Positions 34,643 through 35,275 of a DNA stretch of 35,275 bases are shown here, piece after piece. The notes under the pieces are model-generated. The model was not told the origin of the DNA. It did not search any database and worked only from the letters and a program-made list of their open reading frames with translations. Numbering within the stretch: position 1 is the stretch's first letter; every line of letters starts with the position of its first letter. Made by a program: the position numbers and the translations under genes. The DNA is from Chiloscyllium plagiosum (Eukaryota). Location of the stretch: assembly GCF_004010195.1 (NCBI RefSeq), contig NC_057720.1, positions 34,132,836 to 34,168,110 of the forward strand. Reading direction: 5' to 3'.

Positions 34643-35275
34643 TGTGAACTATTCTCAGCTCGCCCCCCGCCCCCCCCAACACTATCCCAAAATCATCCAT
34701 GTGCTTATCTAAGGATTGTTTAAATCTCCCTAATTGGCTGTTGACTACATTGGCAGGCAGGGCATTCCATGCCCTTACCACTCTCTGCGTAAAGAACTTT
34801 CCTCTGACATCTGTCTTAAATCTATCACCCCTCAACTTGTAGTTACGCCCTCTCATATAAGCTGACATCCTCATCCTAGGAAAAAGTATTTCACTGTCAA
34901 CCCTATCTAATCCTCTGATTATCTTGTATGTCTCTATCAAAGCCCCCCTTTAGCCACCTTCTTTCCAACGAGAACAGACCTAAGTGTCTGAGCCTTTCCT
35001 CATAAGACCTTCCCTCCAGACCAGGCAACATCCTGGTAAATCTCCTCAGCACCTTTTCCAATGCTTCCACATCTTTCCTATAATGGGGCGACCAGAACTG
35101 TACACAATATTCCAAGTGTGGCCACACCAGTGTTTTGTATAGTTGCAGCATGATATTGTGGTTCCGGAACTCAATCCCTCTACCAATGAAACGTAACACA
35201 CCGTATGCCTTCTTAACAGCACTATCCACCTGGGTGGCAACTTTCAGGGATCTATGCACATGGACTTCAAGATCC
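34496..35275 (-). mobile_element. CR1 LINE 3' part with tandemly duplicated tail
   Basis: ORFs 34903..35259 (PHLEYCVQFWSPHYRKD) and 34584..34940. Runs off the window edge. Confidence 0.93.

Overview
Repeat-dense eukaryotic DNA, inferred to be from a shark or other elasmobranch because it carries HE1-type and DeuSINE-type SINEs and abundant CR1 LINEs. The only host coding exon I can support is an internal CCDC24-like exon at 31253-31425 (+), so most of the window is probably intronic. The rest is nested, decayed mobile DNA: CR1/L2-clade LINEs, Rex1/Babar and Tx1/L1 fragments, a Penelope RT+GIY-YIG element, several Penelope-derived inserts with hammerhead ribozyme cores and target-site duplications (TSDs), SINEs and LTR-like pieces. 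The standout is a decayed class I (epsilon/gamma-like) endogenous retrovirus on the minus strand (~5566-10068; gag-pro-RT-RNaseH-truncated IN, with no env or LTR seen). Between its protease and RT lies an extra ~90-aa domain resembling a two-histidine (2H) phosphoesterase. Also notable are a perfect 61-bp inverted repeat containing a hammerhead core and a putative solo LTR with tandem p53-type sites. There is an assembly gap at 4076-4318. Repeat boundaries are approximate and all family calls come from motif recognition, not database searches.
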